64,000 bases of DNA, from positions 56,792,001 to 56,856,000 of the forward strand of contig OX597826.1 in assembly GCA_951406725.2 (NCBI GenBank), written 5' to 3'. Positions 41,070 to 55,000 of this stretch are shown here, one piece after another. Positions within the stretch are counted from its first letter, which is position 1. The number at the start of each line of letters is the position of its first letter. The notes under the pieces were generated by a model. It was not told where the DNA came from and did no database searches. It worked only from the letters and a program-made list of their open reading frames with translations. Made by a program: the position numbers and the translations under genes. Origin of the DNA: Octopus vulgaris. Its lineage: Eukaryota.

Positions 41070-41373
41070 TTTGTCTTAAAAACTTCATTGATTCAATTCA
41101 TTCACTGGGTTTCACCATCCCTGCCCCACCCCCACCCCCATCCCCACCCCACCCCACCACCCCCAATTCAAAAGTCCTTGTCTCCATTTTCATTCTTTGA
41201 TTTCTTCAAATCTCATTAGTTGTTAGCGTCTGATTTACCTCTTACATTAGGAAATATTTTGAAGGTGTGACGGAGGTGGTTGCTTTTATAGTGACGTAGT
41301 AGTAGTAGTAGTAGTAGCAGTAGTGGTGGTGGTTGGTTGGTTGGTTGGTTTTATAGTATTGATGCTGGTTGTT

Positions 41374-41403
<30 letters not shown>

Positions 41404-41405
<2 letters not shown>

Positions 41406-42003
41406 GTCGTTTAGCCCTAGGCCAATCCCGATCGAGCAGACTAATATCTATTTCTTTACTACCCACAATGGGGCTAAACACAGAGAGGACAAACAAGGAC
41501 AGAAAAACGGATTAAGTTGATTATATCGACCTCAGTGCGTAACTGGTATTTATTTAATCGACCCCGAAAGGATGAAAGGCAAAGTCGACCTCGGCGGAAT
41601 TTGAACTCAGAACGTAGCGGCAGACGAAATACCTATTTCTTTACTACCCACAAGGGGCTAAACACAGAGGGGGCAAACAAGGACAGACAAACGGATTAAG
41701 TTGATTATATCGACCCCAGTGCGTAACTGGTACTTATTTAATCGACCTCGAAAGGATGAAAGGCAAAGTCGACCTCGGCGGAATTTGAACTCAGAACGTA
41801 ACGGCAGACGAAATAATACGGCTACGCATTTCGCCCGGCGTGCTATCGTTTCTGCCAGCTCGCAATATCGAAAGCATTCCAGCCATGTCCTTTTTCCTCG
41901 ATCAGCGGAAAGGAAGGGGCGTGATTTTGAGGTAAAAAATTTTGCTGCTATTTCTAGCACAGACACAAAACAGCCCAAACAGAGGCTGCCATCTCGTCGG
42001 TTC
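41404..42003 (-). mobile_element. Family C repeat split by a family A dimer
   Basis: gtttagccctaggccaatcccgatcgagcagac | gaaagcattccagccatg...tttgctgctatttctagcac. Confidence 0.75.
41449..41863 (-). mobile_element. SINE family A (A2 tail) head-to-tail dimer
   Basis: Two ~185-bp units joined at GAAATACCTATTTC (41626-41639) with a single head. TSD aatatc at 41443-41448 and 41864-41869. Confidence 0.9.
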
Positions 42004-42708
42004 TAATCGCAGCGACGGCGCGTTGATGGGGGAGGTTCATTGAGTTGTTTGATGTCGGTGCCGTGTGGATGTTAGCAACGATTCTAGTGGTGGTATTTGG
42101 TGGTGGCGTCGACATTGTAAAATTTTGGTGGCTGTGATGTTAACAACAGTGGTATTTACATTAGGGTTAATAGTGGTAATTGGCGGCGGCGGCGGTGGTG
42201 GTGGTGGTATTGTTGGTAATAAGTAATTGCAATAGTGGCGTTGGTACTGGTGATAGTAGAGGATACTAGTGGAAGCGGTGGTGGAGATTATATAAAGGTA
42301 ATAATTGCAGTGCTCTCCTAGTGTTAGTGTACGTTTGGGGACAAAGCTATATAACGTAGTGCTATTGTAGTGGTGGTGGTGAAGTATTGACAATGCCTGC
42401 TCTTAGACAAAGATGACATGACCATCTCGTTTGTTTTTGTTCTCCGTTTCTATCGTTAATTTTTGTTTTAAATGACACAGAACTTGGTTAAGGTTCGTTT
42501 ACAACCTTCAGCACCATCAAATGACTCATGGTAGTAATTGAGACAGAGCTGAGCATAAATATTTGGAGAATCCCACCAACACCACACCACGTCCGTGTGT
42601 CAGAGAGTGAAAGTGAAAGAAAGAAAGAGAAGTACTGCGAAAGGATGAAATGTAATGAAGAAAATAGAAATGAACTAGGGTGGGGGTTAAAAAGAATTAG
42701 AGGAAAAG

Positions 42709-42751
<43 letters not shown>

Positions 42752-43342
42752 AGGCACATCTATTTGCGCATGCGTTAATCAAAAGAACGTATATTTTTGT
42801 GAAAAAAAGAAATTAAATCCAAACAAAGATTTAACAAAATGCGCAAAGATAGAGAGAGAGAGAGGGAAAGAGAGAATATAAAATAAAAAGAGGTGGGGAG
42901 ATATGAGAGAAAGATGAAGACGAAAAGGTGGACGAACAGCCGTGTGAGCGTGTATCGCCTGAAGATCGGAAACACGAAACTCGGAGTAACACTAAAGTAG
43001 AGTTGTTCAGTATTCAGTAAGTAATATTAAAACCCTGTACCCCATATTGAGTACTCTCTTTTCTTATTTAGTCACACAAAGAACGTTATTGCATCAAAAC
43101 ACACACACACACACCTCTGTACGTGAATATTTATAACTGAACTGAATAAAAAAAAAATCAGCATGGGTGGGGGTTAAACACGATTCGATGTCATCCACCC
43201 TTATAGTTAAGATCATACAGGGTGGCGATGCCGGTATCTCAAGTCAAAGGGCCACTGTTGCGTGTACAAAGGGTGGCGATAGTAGCGAGTATCAGAAATC
43301 AATATGTTTTTCAGTGAGATGAAAACATCGAACGAATAATCT

Positions 43343-43394
<52 letters not shown>

Positions 43395-43548
43395 CACTAT
43401 TATTTTTTATATCCGTCTCTTATTAAGGGTGGATGTGTAAAAATAGAAATAAATAAATAAGTGGAAATTAAGAACTTGTCGAGACGAAGATTGGGGTGGT
43501 TAAAAGAAAGCGCATTACAGTGTATGTATGTACGCACACACACATAAT

Positions 43549-44093
<545 letters not shown>

Positions 44094-46590
44094 ATTTCGG
44101 AAATTTAATTAATAAACCATCATGTGGTTTTTACTTTATAGCTGATAACATTCAGGTATTGCATCTAATACTAATTTTCGTTTGGTCGTTGACATGTCAA
44201 CGAAGAGTAGATTCAGAGTGCTTTGCAAGTTGCAAGTCGCTATCGCTAATTTCCTATTTATTGATTTCTGATCGATAGAAGAAGTACGGCCGAGCGTAGC
44301 TTTACAATCAGCGTTAATTAGCTTGTATACTTAAACTAGGACAAAAACCACCTGACTAACTCGTAGAAATTCAAGCAATACCGAAAGCTGGCGAATTAAA
44401 CGAATAAGCGGTGTAATTTCCGGCAGATTCTCAAGTAGTGGAATATCTTCTCCACCACCATCATCATCTTGCCCCCCACCCCCACCCCTACTTTACACTG
44501 TCGGTGCTAAACTGCTATAGAATATAGGAAACAATCTTGTCGGAGACCGGAACTTAAACAGCGAAGGCCTAGGTTTTTAAAAGGCGACAGAAACACAGTG
44601 AATGTGTTTAAACAAGTGTACCACGTACGCGGTGGAAAGCCTTTGAGCTGGAATTTTGGGAGCTCTCAAGTTGCGAGAAAGAAGAGGGGTTCAGACAATG
44701 CGACTCGAACAGAAATTGCTAATATCATGACGGTGGTGATGAGGGGGAGTGGAACGTGTACAATAAAGCAGGGACGCCTTCTGTAAAGAAACCCAACAGT
44801 TAAGTGTCTGCTAAAACATCCATGGCAGTGAGCTAAAGCAATTTTGATTATAATTACAACAACCAGATAGGAGTGATAAAACATTAAGGCAGAGAACACA
44901 CCTGAAATTGAAATTAAACAAAAACTAAATTGAGAACTGTTGAGAAGTGATTCTGATCTGTGGTGAGTAAGATGGCAACTCTAGACGAGATGTTTCGGTC
45001 TTAAGTAGTCTTATCAGTACTTACCACACACACACTTTAATCATCCTAACAATATGATATTAAGATCACTGTCTCAAATTTCTGTATACGTCTTAAATGA
45101 GAACATCAGTAGTGGACGACAGTTCGATTATCAATGACAACGTTCTATGAAAACAAACAGAAAGGAGTCTAGAGAGAAAAAAAGGGGGTAAGAATGTAGC
45201 CTATCAACCATTTAGCATGACATATCTTCTTTACAAATCTAAATGTTAACTACCAAACATCTAAAGGACGATGGGAGATAAATATAGTTTGATTTTGTTT
45301 AGTTCTTGTTTTGTATTCACATCTTGGAAGTTAAGCATTATTAGATGAGTATGAGAACAATGTCAGCTCTTATTTTGGCATATAATGTCAAAGCAATTAG
45401 GCTTCATTTTTTAAAGAGGAGGCATGAGACTGTCTGAGAAGCATTCCATCTCCCATCTTAACCCCTCCAGAAAAAAAAAAATTTAATGCTGAGATTTCAA
45501 GATTTCCACAGATTCCCAGTTTTCGGTCAGTAACCATTTATTTACAATTTGGATTCTTCTGTCAGTCAAAACAAAAGTTACTTGGTCTGTTCAGTACCAT
45601 CGTTCCTAAGCTATATTTGTTTGTTTGTTTGTTTCATGTTGTTGTTGTTGTTTTCCCCTCTCCTTTTACTAAATTCCCATATTCCAACAGGAATTCCCCC
45701 CCCCCCCCTCTCTCCGCGACGCATAAGATATGTCCCTATCTCTCGACACACAGCAAGAATCCCTAGACATGGCTTAAGGTTCTGATAAAATATGTAGAAA
45801 AGTCGAAATACAAACAATATTTGAAGATAGCGAAATGAGGGTGAGAAGAAGAGAATGGGAAAACGAAAGACCCCATTGACTACAAGTCCTAATTTTCTTT
45901 TTATTTTATCACAAGATACAGACTAAATAGAGCATGCGTCAACTGTGTAATTGAGTCAAATGAAAGACCAGACAATACCGAAAAGCTTTCTTGTTCAGAA
46001 CATATACAACTCCTGTCTGTGTCTCCCACTGAAACTTATTTATCTCAGTATAATGAGAGAGAGAGGTGGTGGGGGAGGAGAGAGAGACAAATGGAGAGAG
46101 AGAGAGAGAAAGAGAGAGGATCATTCTACACTGACAGTATTTAGAAATGTTCAGATAGTGAAAAATGAAACACAGTTTTCAAATTGGAGGTCGAATGGAG
46201 ACAACAACAATAATAATAACAACAACAACAACGACGACAAACAAATAATAGGAAAATTAAACAAAATCGAAAACAAATACTAAACAAAAAGTTAATTTTT
46301 TTTTTTAGAAATGACAAAAAAAACCCAACCAAAAACAAAAAAAAAACAGAACATTGAATATTAAAATATTGACTGAAGCACCAAACAAATTAATGATCAA
46401 ACATAAATGTTGTGAGTGAGAGAGAGAGAGATAGTGTGTGCGAGTGTTAGTGAATGCTAGCGGAACGAAAGAGGAAAAGGTATTATTACTGTCATCACCA
46501 TCATTATGATTATGGCTGTTGTTGTTGTTATCATTTAAATAACTACAATTACAATCCCTATCAACAGGATCAACACTAATATCACTAGCA

Positions 46591-46641
<51 letters not shown>

Positions 46642-46646
46642 AGCCA

Positions 46647-46682
<36 letters not shown>
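46591..46682. repeat. (TAG)n and (TG)n microsatellites
   Basis: Directly visible. Confidence 0.95.
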
Positions 46683-46685
<3 letters not shown>

Positions 46686-46749
46686 AGTCATTCAATGATT
46701 TGCAAAGCGTGAATTTATGATCTTAAAACCGTTACGCTACTTTCCTTAC

Positions 46750-46752
46750 CAG
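46750..46752 (-). other. Candidate 3-nt microexon, or 3' end of a distal first exon
   Basis: Minus strand: long C/T tract ...gtcctttctctcCAG|CTG|GTAAGG. Confidence 0.3.
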
Positions 46753-47482
46753 CTGGAGAGAAAGGACTCTCACGAAGAGGAGGAAGGGGTGGAGGAAGTG
46801 AAGGAAGAGGGCAGAACCATCATCATCATCATCACTACCACGATTTTTACTACTACTACAAATACCACAAATACTAGTAATACTTAAAGATAACATTAAA
46901 AACAAAAAAAACCAACAACAACATGAGAAGCGCGTAGAAACTAAGAAACAAACGCGAAAGAAAAAGCAACGAAAGATGTCTAAAAACATACATGTTTAAC
47001 AAGAAAAATCAAAGCAAACATCGGTTGCTTGCTAGCTGCTAACAGTGGTAGCACTAGAGAGCTGAAGTGAACGTATTAAATGCAGTCGTTTATTTATTAC
47101 CAGTTGACTTGCAGTTAGGGTTGCAACTCATGTACGAGTGAGAGGAGGGCGATAGTGGTGCTGCTGCCGCTGCTGACGGGGGAAGATGTTGGTATTGCTC
47201 CCTCTGTCGCCCTCTCTTTCTCTCTCTCTCTCTCAGTAGCTTTTCTACATCTGTTGGATGGAACAATTAAATCAACAACTGCAATAAATTTGTTTCTACT
47301 AAGCGTACTACATGCTGTTCGCATCAGGACTACAAAACTCAAATAGTAGCCAGGGGCCAAGGAGTTAAATACATTATTGACATTAATTAACTACTGTGTA
47401 TGTGCGTGCATGTGCTTCTGTATGTTTTTGTGCTAATGTGTGCACAAGACCTTCCTAAACACACACACACACACAAATACAT

Positions 47483-47519
<37 letters not shown>

Positions 47520-48301
47520 TACATACATACATACATACATACATACATACATACATACATACATACATACCAATAAGTGTGTGAGTTGAGAACTCGCACA
47601 AAAATCTAAACGAATGTGTGTGAGTTTGTGTGCGATGTAGGAATTTGTACAATTATCTTTGAACAGTTTTCTACCAAAGCTCTTGATGTTATTATATAAA
47701 TGGTCTTTCTAAAATAAAACATAAATAAATAAAGAGATGGGTGGATGCTAAAAACCTGCGGAATTTAAAAAGGCTCTTTGAAACGTATTCTCGTACTGAT
47801 TCTCAGAACCAAGATGGCGTCAGCTGTGTATTTGTACGAAGTTAAGTGACAGAGAAGTAGTTAGAGTGTGAGAGAAAGAGAGATGAAGTATTGAGTGGAA
47901 ATTGCTGGAGATATGTGCAAAATGATACCATATGTACACACATACATACATACATACATACATACATACATACATACATACATACATACACACACACACT
48001 GTCACATTCTCTTTTTCTTTGCAATAGATTTGTACAGGTAAATTGTCTGATTTCTAAATTACATGGTAGAATATACAAAAATGTGAGTAGTTGAAAAGAA
48101 CTAAGATAGAATAAAACAAACAAAATAATAGAGAGCTAGAGATGTGTGTGTATTTATCGAGAGAGAGAGAGAGAGAGGTAAAGAGCATAAATTGAGAAGA
48201 AATCACGGAGAATTTGACAGAGAGAGAGAGAGAAAGAGAGAGCTAACCTATGAAAGCGATAGAGAAATATAGATAAATAAGAAATCTTAAAGATAAGGGA
48301 A

Positions 48302-48344
<43 letters not shown>

Positions 48345-49340
48345 AAATGAGATTAAGAGAGAGAGAGAGAGCGAGCGAGATCATGGTTTTTTTACTCCAG
48401 ATAAAACGTGACATATATGGCAGCAGATGAAGATGGCGCTGTAATGAAAACGAAACTAAATTTACATTAGTTGTTATTATTTCTGTTTTACTTCAATTCA
48501 CTTTTTACATTATTTTTGTAATGAACCTATTGGATTTTGTATCGGTATTTTGAGAGAGAGAGAGGGGGGGATGGAGGTGCAATGTTTCTAGAGAAGCAAC
48601 GGTTGCAAGATGGAGTAGAAAACTGCGTAGGATTCTGATCAGGAATTGGGTTTATATAGCGATCGGTGCAGCTGGGAAAAATACGTGTCATTACATATAA
48701 AGTAGAAACCACACACAGAACAACATGAACTGTTATAGATAATAGGCTGGTGTGTAAGGCATGAAGGCGAAGAGATGAATGAGAAAATGGTTGGGAATGG
48801 ATACAACGAACAACAACAGCAGCAACAACAACAAGGAATAACGAGAGCACTAGAGGCAGTTCAAAGATGTGCTTTTTTTTTGTTCTGTTTTATTGTTGTT
48901 TTTTTGTTTTCCTGACTTTATTTGCTTGATTTTACAGATATGATAACCTCGAACCAGGTTAATGAGATATCAACATTAAACCAAAGTCAACACCTGTTCA
49001 AAGATGGAAACATTGCCATTTAATTTATTAATTTATTTATTTTAATGTCAAATATATTCTTTAATGTTTCTTTACATCTATTCATTTTTGTGTACGCGTA
49101 AATACTACATACAGCAAAGCTGTAACTGATGCACGGTTTCGATATTCTCAGCTGCTAGATATTTTTGTTTATGTAATCAATATTACAAAAAGTCATTAAA
49201 ATATGCATGACTATCACACAATCCCGCTCTCGATGCCAAAGCAAATTTCATAATGTTCTCTTTTTTTCTATCCTTATTGTTAACAGGTTTTGATACTTGT
49301 TTTAGCTTTCGTAAAGGCCTACAGATTAAGTGTGTGATTT

Positions 49341-49578
49341 CACACACACACACACACACACACAGACACAATGTGAGCGTATACATGAACATGTGTGTAT
49401 GTATATATATATATATATACATATGTCAGCATGTGTGTGTATGTGTATATATATATATATACATACATACATATATACATACATACAAACGCACACACAT
49501 ACAGACATACACACACACACACATACATACACACACATACATACATACACACACACATACATATATACATACACATAT

Positions 49579-49609
<31 letters not shown>

Positions 49610-49611
49610 CA

Positions 49612-49662
<51 letters not shown>

Positions 49663-49697
49663 GCATGCTCACATTTCATATATATATATATATATAT
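49341..49697. repeat. Compound (CA)n/(TACA)n/(TA)n microsatellite
   Basis: Directly visible. Confidence 0.92.
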
Positions 49698-51380
49698 CCT
49701 CTAATATACATGTATGTGAACGTGTGCTTGGGAGACAAAAAGGCAGATAAAAATAAAAGAAACTCTCTTTAATTCTCTCATCTCTGCTCAGCTCTTCCAT
49801 TCCCCTTCAAACATCCATCTACTTTTTTTTGCTTTGTATGCAGCTATTTACTCTGTATGGTTAGGTGTTTGCACCAAGGAGTTTGTTTTATGACATGCCA
49901 ACCAAAATATGAGAGTTTTAACTTTCGGTTCGCTCTCTCCGATCAAATAACGTGACAAGAAATAAAATGAAGAAATGAACAAGAAAACAACAATAGTAGT
50001 AGTAAAAAATGAAAAAAAACAACCAAAAAACAAAAAAGGCTTGAGGTGGGGATGAAGAAGAAAAAAATAATAATAATAAAAAAAAACAGAAATGATTTTT
50101 ATTTATTGCTCTTTCTACCTCATACCCCCCCACCACCACCTCTCTCACAACATCTAGCAACTCCCAGAAATATTTTGCTCGGCTAATTCCTTACCAAGAC
50201 AATCTCGGGTCGTTAAGCAAAAAACCTTTAGCGAAGAGGAATTCTAACTTAGTGGCACGGAAGATTTCTTCTAAAGAAACCCATTAGCAGGGTATGAAGT
50301 AAGAAAGCTTACTGAACTAAAAAGTTTTTACACACACACACACACACAACATGCCCCATCTCCCCCAATACACACACACACACATATATATATGTATAGT
50401 ATGTGTGTGAGGAGAGAAGAGTGCGCGTGCGCAAACGCGAGTACATGTGTGTAAAAAGTAAATGAACGCTTGGAAATAAAAAAAGATAAAAAGTAAATGA
50501 AGAAAAAAAACTAATAACGATATATGTAAGAGATGTCATGTCATCCATCCATCCATCCATCCAAGTTGTTTGTAATGAAAGATGGTCAACGCTGATTTCC
50601 AGCGGTCCGAAACCCGATTCTGGGGTGGCTATGTAGTTCTAGTTCAAGAGAAGACATAAAAGCTGCAGCAATAATAATAATAATAATAATAATATAGCAG
50701 TATAAAAACAAAAAAATACCATGAAAGTTATTTATTAGAAGAAATAAGACAAAGTGTATGATGTATGGTGCGTGTGTATGATGTGTGTGTGTAGTATCCA
50801 ATAGAGAAAGATGGGGGAAATTACGTTAATAACGGTGGCGAGTCAGTTCTGTCTTGCATTTTGCTTGTTTGTTATCTCTCTTGTTTGTTTGTTTGTTTTA
50901 GCTTTTAGTTTGATGATAACAAGTGAATATATAAGAAAAATAAAGGGGGGCAAAAAAAAAAAAAGAAGTTTTCTTGTCACATCTGAATTGCTTTTACAAC
51001 GCGAACTAGTTTTGACTTCGGAATCTACATATCTCTCTCTTCCATCACTCAGAACTTACATACAACCAACCCACCACTCGTCGTCTTGGGTAATTCCACA
51101 CCAATGATGATGATGGTGATGATGCGTCCATCGTAATAACTGGCTGGTTCCGATATTAAATACAAAGTCACCTCTAAACCACACCATACCCAGAAAAACA
51201 GCCATACACATTGTACATACAAATATAACAACCGCTGTAGTTAGTATTCAAGGAATGGTTATAAGTCTGAACACAATTTTCTTGAATGTTAAACGGAACA
51301 AACAATCTTTTAGACCGTAATTAAACGGTTAAAGGTTTATTGTTTGATTGTCTTCGGAAAATTAATTCGTGACTAATATT

Positions 51381-51765
51381 ACTCTTTACTCTTTTACTTG
51401 TTTCAGTCATTTGACTGCGGCCATGCTGGAGCACCGCTTTTAATCGAGCAACTCGACCCCGGGACTTATTCTTTTGTAAGCCCAGTACTTATTCTATCGG
51501 TCTCTTTTGCCGAACCGCTAAGTAACGGGAACATAAACACACCAGCATCGGTTGTCAAGCAATGCTAGGGGGACAAACGCAGACACACAAACACACACAC
51601 GCATATATATATATATATATACATATATACGACGGGCTTCTTTCAGTTTCCATCTACCAAATCCACTCACAAGGCTTTGGTCGGCCTGAGACCAAAGGCG
51701 CCACGCAGTGGGACTGAATCCGGAACCATGTGGTTGGGAAGCAAGCTTTTTTTACCTCACATCCA
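51381..51765 (-). mobile_element. SINE family B, near full length
   Basis: High similarity to the reverse complement of 58842-59249, with a small deletion in the CORE region. Confidence 0.9.
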
Positions 51766-52094
51766 CTAATTAATTAATATTCCGTGACTGTTCAATATTT
51801 AGTTTATCTCGGACTACATTACCTAATATGGCCTTCCTTTTTGGGGTCGCGAGTTATTTTGCTGCTATTGACTACGAACAAACGGTGAGCTGTAAATATC
51901 AGTTGGTGAGGCGTTAACGATGCGTTTAAGTTTTTGGTTTTGTTTTATTTTTTAATAGTTTAGTTCGATGAGGTGAGTATTTTCTCCAACTTCTACATAA
52001 CCTTTGTATGACCACTCAAACTGATAAAATCAATATGGTTGACGTTCAAGTGGAATAACTATACTTTGTTTACAAGAAAAATAGGGTGGAAACA

Positions 52095-52280
52095 AACAAA
52101 TGGAAGAATCTCTGCACGGTCGCTTGACTGGCTACGAACAGTAGCTAAACCTCGCTCGAATCACAACCCAAGGAATTAAAGAAAACAAAGATGTATTGGA
52201 AAAGTGTGGGATAGTCTTACGAAATAACGGGATGATCACAGCAGCTAAAGTACCTTTCATTAAAGGCCTTCTTGGTCATT
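52095..52280 (+). mobile_element. Family C repeat, diverged
   Basis: cacggtcgcttgactggctacgaacagtagctaaacctcgctcgaatcacaaccc. Confidence 0.5.
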
Positions 52281-52327
52281 AATACATTATTACATAATGG
52301 TTCATTTCAAGAAGTTACTACACATTG

Positions 52328-52520
52328 TTAATATTTCGTGTGACTTCCTTTTGCTTGAATAATTTCTTCAATGCACCTGGGAAGAGATGCGTACAAATCC
52401 TTCACCATCTTCATAGGTATGAGATGCCATTCTCTGTGGTTGAGCTCCTACACCTCTTCGGGATTGTGAAAGTCGATTTAAGGGATTCTACACCTTTTTT
52501 AATATATGAGCTTACACCAA
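52328..52520 (-). pseudogene. Tc1-family transposase C-terminal relic
   Basis: 52432-52328 translates EWHLIPMKMVKDLYASLPRCIEEIIQAKGSHTKY*, matching the Tc1 C-terminal pattern EW..I......L..S.PRR...VI.AKG..TKY*. An in-frame stop lies just upstream. Confidence 0.75.
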
Positions 52521-52526
52521 TATATT

Positions 52527-52945
52527 AAAGACGGTGAACCGAAGAATTGGTAGAGCGACAGACAAAATGTTCACATACAACCAGGAACGATAATTCGCTC
52601 CTTTCCTTTTTCTACTGACGATACCATAAATACCAGTCATGTCATTACAACTGCTCCCACTCAGAAAATACGAAGACTCCGTGCTTTATGTTAGAAATCA
52701 TTTAAAATTATTAAGGCGATGGTCGAAGGAAAGTATCGTTACATATAACATTATAGTGTTTATTACTGTCCTCTTTTGAACGCTGGGTTCAAATTACGCC
52801 TTGGTTGATTCTGCATTTCATTCACATAAGAAAACGGAGTTGGATAGAAGCACTGAATAAATACCAGCGAAGTACAGTCAATTCAATCGACTTCATCTCT
52901 CACCTAGTAATTTTGTTGCCTTGAGCCAATGTAAGAAATCATAAT
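52527..52945 (+). mobile_element. Two degenerate SINE family A copies, plus strand
   Basis: Heads gacggtgaaccgaagaattggtag and aaggcgatggtc; gggttcaaattacgccttggttgattctgcatttcattc; ataaataccag. Confidence 0.55.
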
Positions 52946-52983
52946 TACTAACAGTGGCATCTGCACAGAAATAAATAAGTGTA

Positions 52984-53040
<57 letters not shown>

Positions 53041-53599
53041 TACGATATGATATGATCAAACGGTAGAATTTAAAAGCATTTCTACAGTCTACATACAACG
53101 GCAGCTTCTAAAGCTCTCTCTTTCTCTATGGGAAGAAGATCTGAGGTTTCTTAATGTCGACGTTCATATCTTTCGATGTATTGTCGACACACGAGTGTTT
53201 TCACGGATCAGCAGATTAATTTGAAAATGATGAGGCCAACATGAAGTAAAGCAGCCAATCTTTCCGTTCAGTTGGACAGAAAGTGATATTATAGCGTCGG
53301 TAGGTAGGAAAAATACACTGCTGTTGAAATCTAGTCGAAATTTTGGTCCAAACGAATGAATAGAATAGAATAACAGCACCAACTTGGATGGAGAATTACA
53401 TATAAACGAATGATACAAGATGTGAAGTGAGAAGCGAATGAATAGGAACTAGAAAAAGTGAGATTATAAAAGATGAGCATTCTTTGTAAAGTATCGTATG
53501 AAATTATAACTACGATGATGACCACTAACTAAAATATCCCCTGGTATTTAGTCTGGTTCTCAATTACCTCTGAAAAGCTCTGGTTTATACTTACAAATA

Positions 53600-54470
53600 A
53601 TAATGGTTTATTTCGAAATAGAGCCACGTTTGTGTGTGTGTGTGCCAGTTTGAGGAGGCGGGTCGATTAAACTGAGTACGGTACTTGACTGATAGTTATT
53701 TGATAGATTTCAGAATGAAGGATGAACTTATTTACGATGGGACTTGAACTCAAAGTAAAAGAAACATAACTATTATATTGATTTCAAATTTTAGCACAAG
53801 GCCAACGATTTCGTAGGGAGGAGTAAATCATTACATCGGGTACATGTTTTATCGACCTCGAAAGGATGAAAGAACAAAATCGATCTCGGCGATATTTGAA
53901 ATCAGAATGTAAAGACGGACGAAATGCCACAACGCATTTTACTCGTCTTGTTAACGATTCTGCCAGCTCGCCACCTTAGACGTAGCTATTACATTTCAAA
54001 TCTGTTATTCTACACTTTTTTTTTTCTTTTTTCCTAAATAGTGTCAGTAATTTAATTCGTCGCAATACTTTTCCTGTCAAGTCACAATGATAATTTCTAA
54101 CATAGGTACAAAGCCAGAAATTTAGTGAGAGAGAAAAAGTCAACTTCTAGTACTGGGATATACCAGGGATGATACATAGCGAAAGGATGAAAGTTAAAGC
54201 TGACCACGACACGGGATTTGAACTTAGATTGTCAAGTGACGCGAGGCATTTTTGTCGGTTGCTCTACCAATTTTGCCAGCCTACGGCTTCTGGTATAAGC
54301 ACATTTCCATAAAACATGCACTAGAGTATCATACTAAGTTAAACGAGTCCAATACTAAATTGATACATTGAGGACCCAGAAGGATGAAAGGCAAAACCAT
54401 ACTCAGCGAGACTTGAACCGAGAACTAAATATCCCATGCTATTTTTTGTCCGACGCACTATTGATTTTGC
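53600..54470 (-). mobile_element. Cluster of four SINE family A copies, minus strand
   Basis: gaaaggatgaa...ttgaac motif repeated at about 53718, 53860, 54181 and 54379; best-preserved copy at 53779-53977. Confidence 0.75.
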
Positions 54471-54640
54471 ATTTGAACATAACGAACAAATAGTTATTGT
54501 AGTGAGTACCGTAGGGCAAGAGGTAGTCAAAACCGCCAAGGCTAGTTTGATTGCCGTTTGAAGCCATTCTTCGTCATTTGCACAGAGAAAATATGTACTT
54601 TACTTCCTCCCCCTCCTCTCTCTCTCTCTCTATGCGTGTA

Positions 54641-54830
54641 TTCTTTTATTTGTTTGTCATTAGACTGCGGCCATGCTGGGTCAATGCCTTGAAGAATGTT
54701 TTTGCTAAGCCTGGTTCTTATTCTATCAGTCACTTTTGCCGAACCGCTAAGTTATGGAGACATAAACACACCAACACCGATTGTCAAGCAGTGGTGGGGG
54801 ACGAATCCAGACACAAAGACACATGCACAC

Positions 54831-54877
<47 letters not shown>

Positions 54878-55000
54878 ACGAGTGTCTTTCGGTTTCCGTC
54901 TACCAAATCCACTCACAAAGCTGTGGTTGGCCTGAGGCTACAGTAGAATACATTTGGCCAAGGTGCCTCGCAGTGGGACTGAACCCTATTAGTTGGGTAC
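54641..55000 (-). mobile_element. SINE family B, diverged
   Basis: gactgcggccatgctgg...ttttgccgaaccgctaag...tttccgtctaccaaatccactcac...gcagtgggactgaacc. Confidence 0.85.

Noticed and set aside
41449-41863. Tandem ~185-bp units as a retrozyme or CRISPR-like array
   Set aside because: No hammerhead core and no unique spacers. The Pol III B box, single head and TSD identify a SINE dimer.
41517-42006. Recurrent peptides RPRKDERQSRPRRNLNSER (also 59513) and YQIHSQG...EDTCPRCHAVGLNPEPCGW (27010, 36845, 58827)
   Set aside because: Antisense read-through of SINE families A and B, not a protein family.
44975-45020. Minus-strand ctgataag...ccgaaac...gtc resembling a minimal hammerhead ribozyme
   Set aside because: The core reads CUGAUAA rather than CUGANGA, and stems I and II do not pair convincingly.
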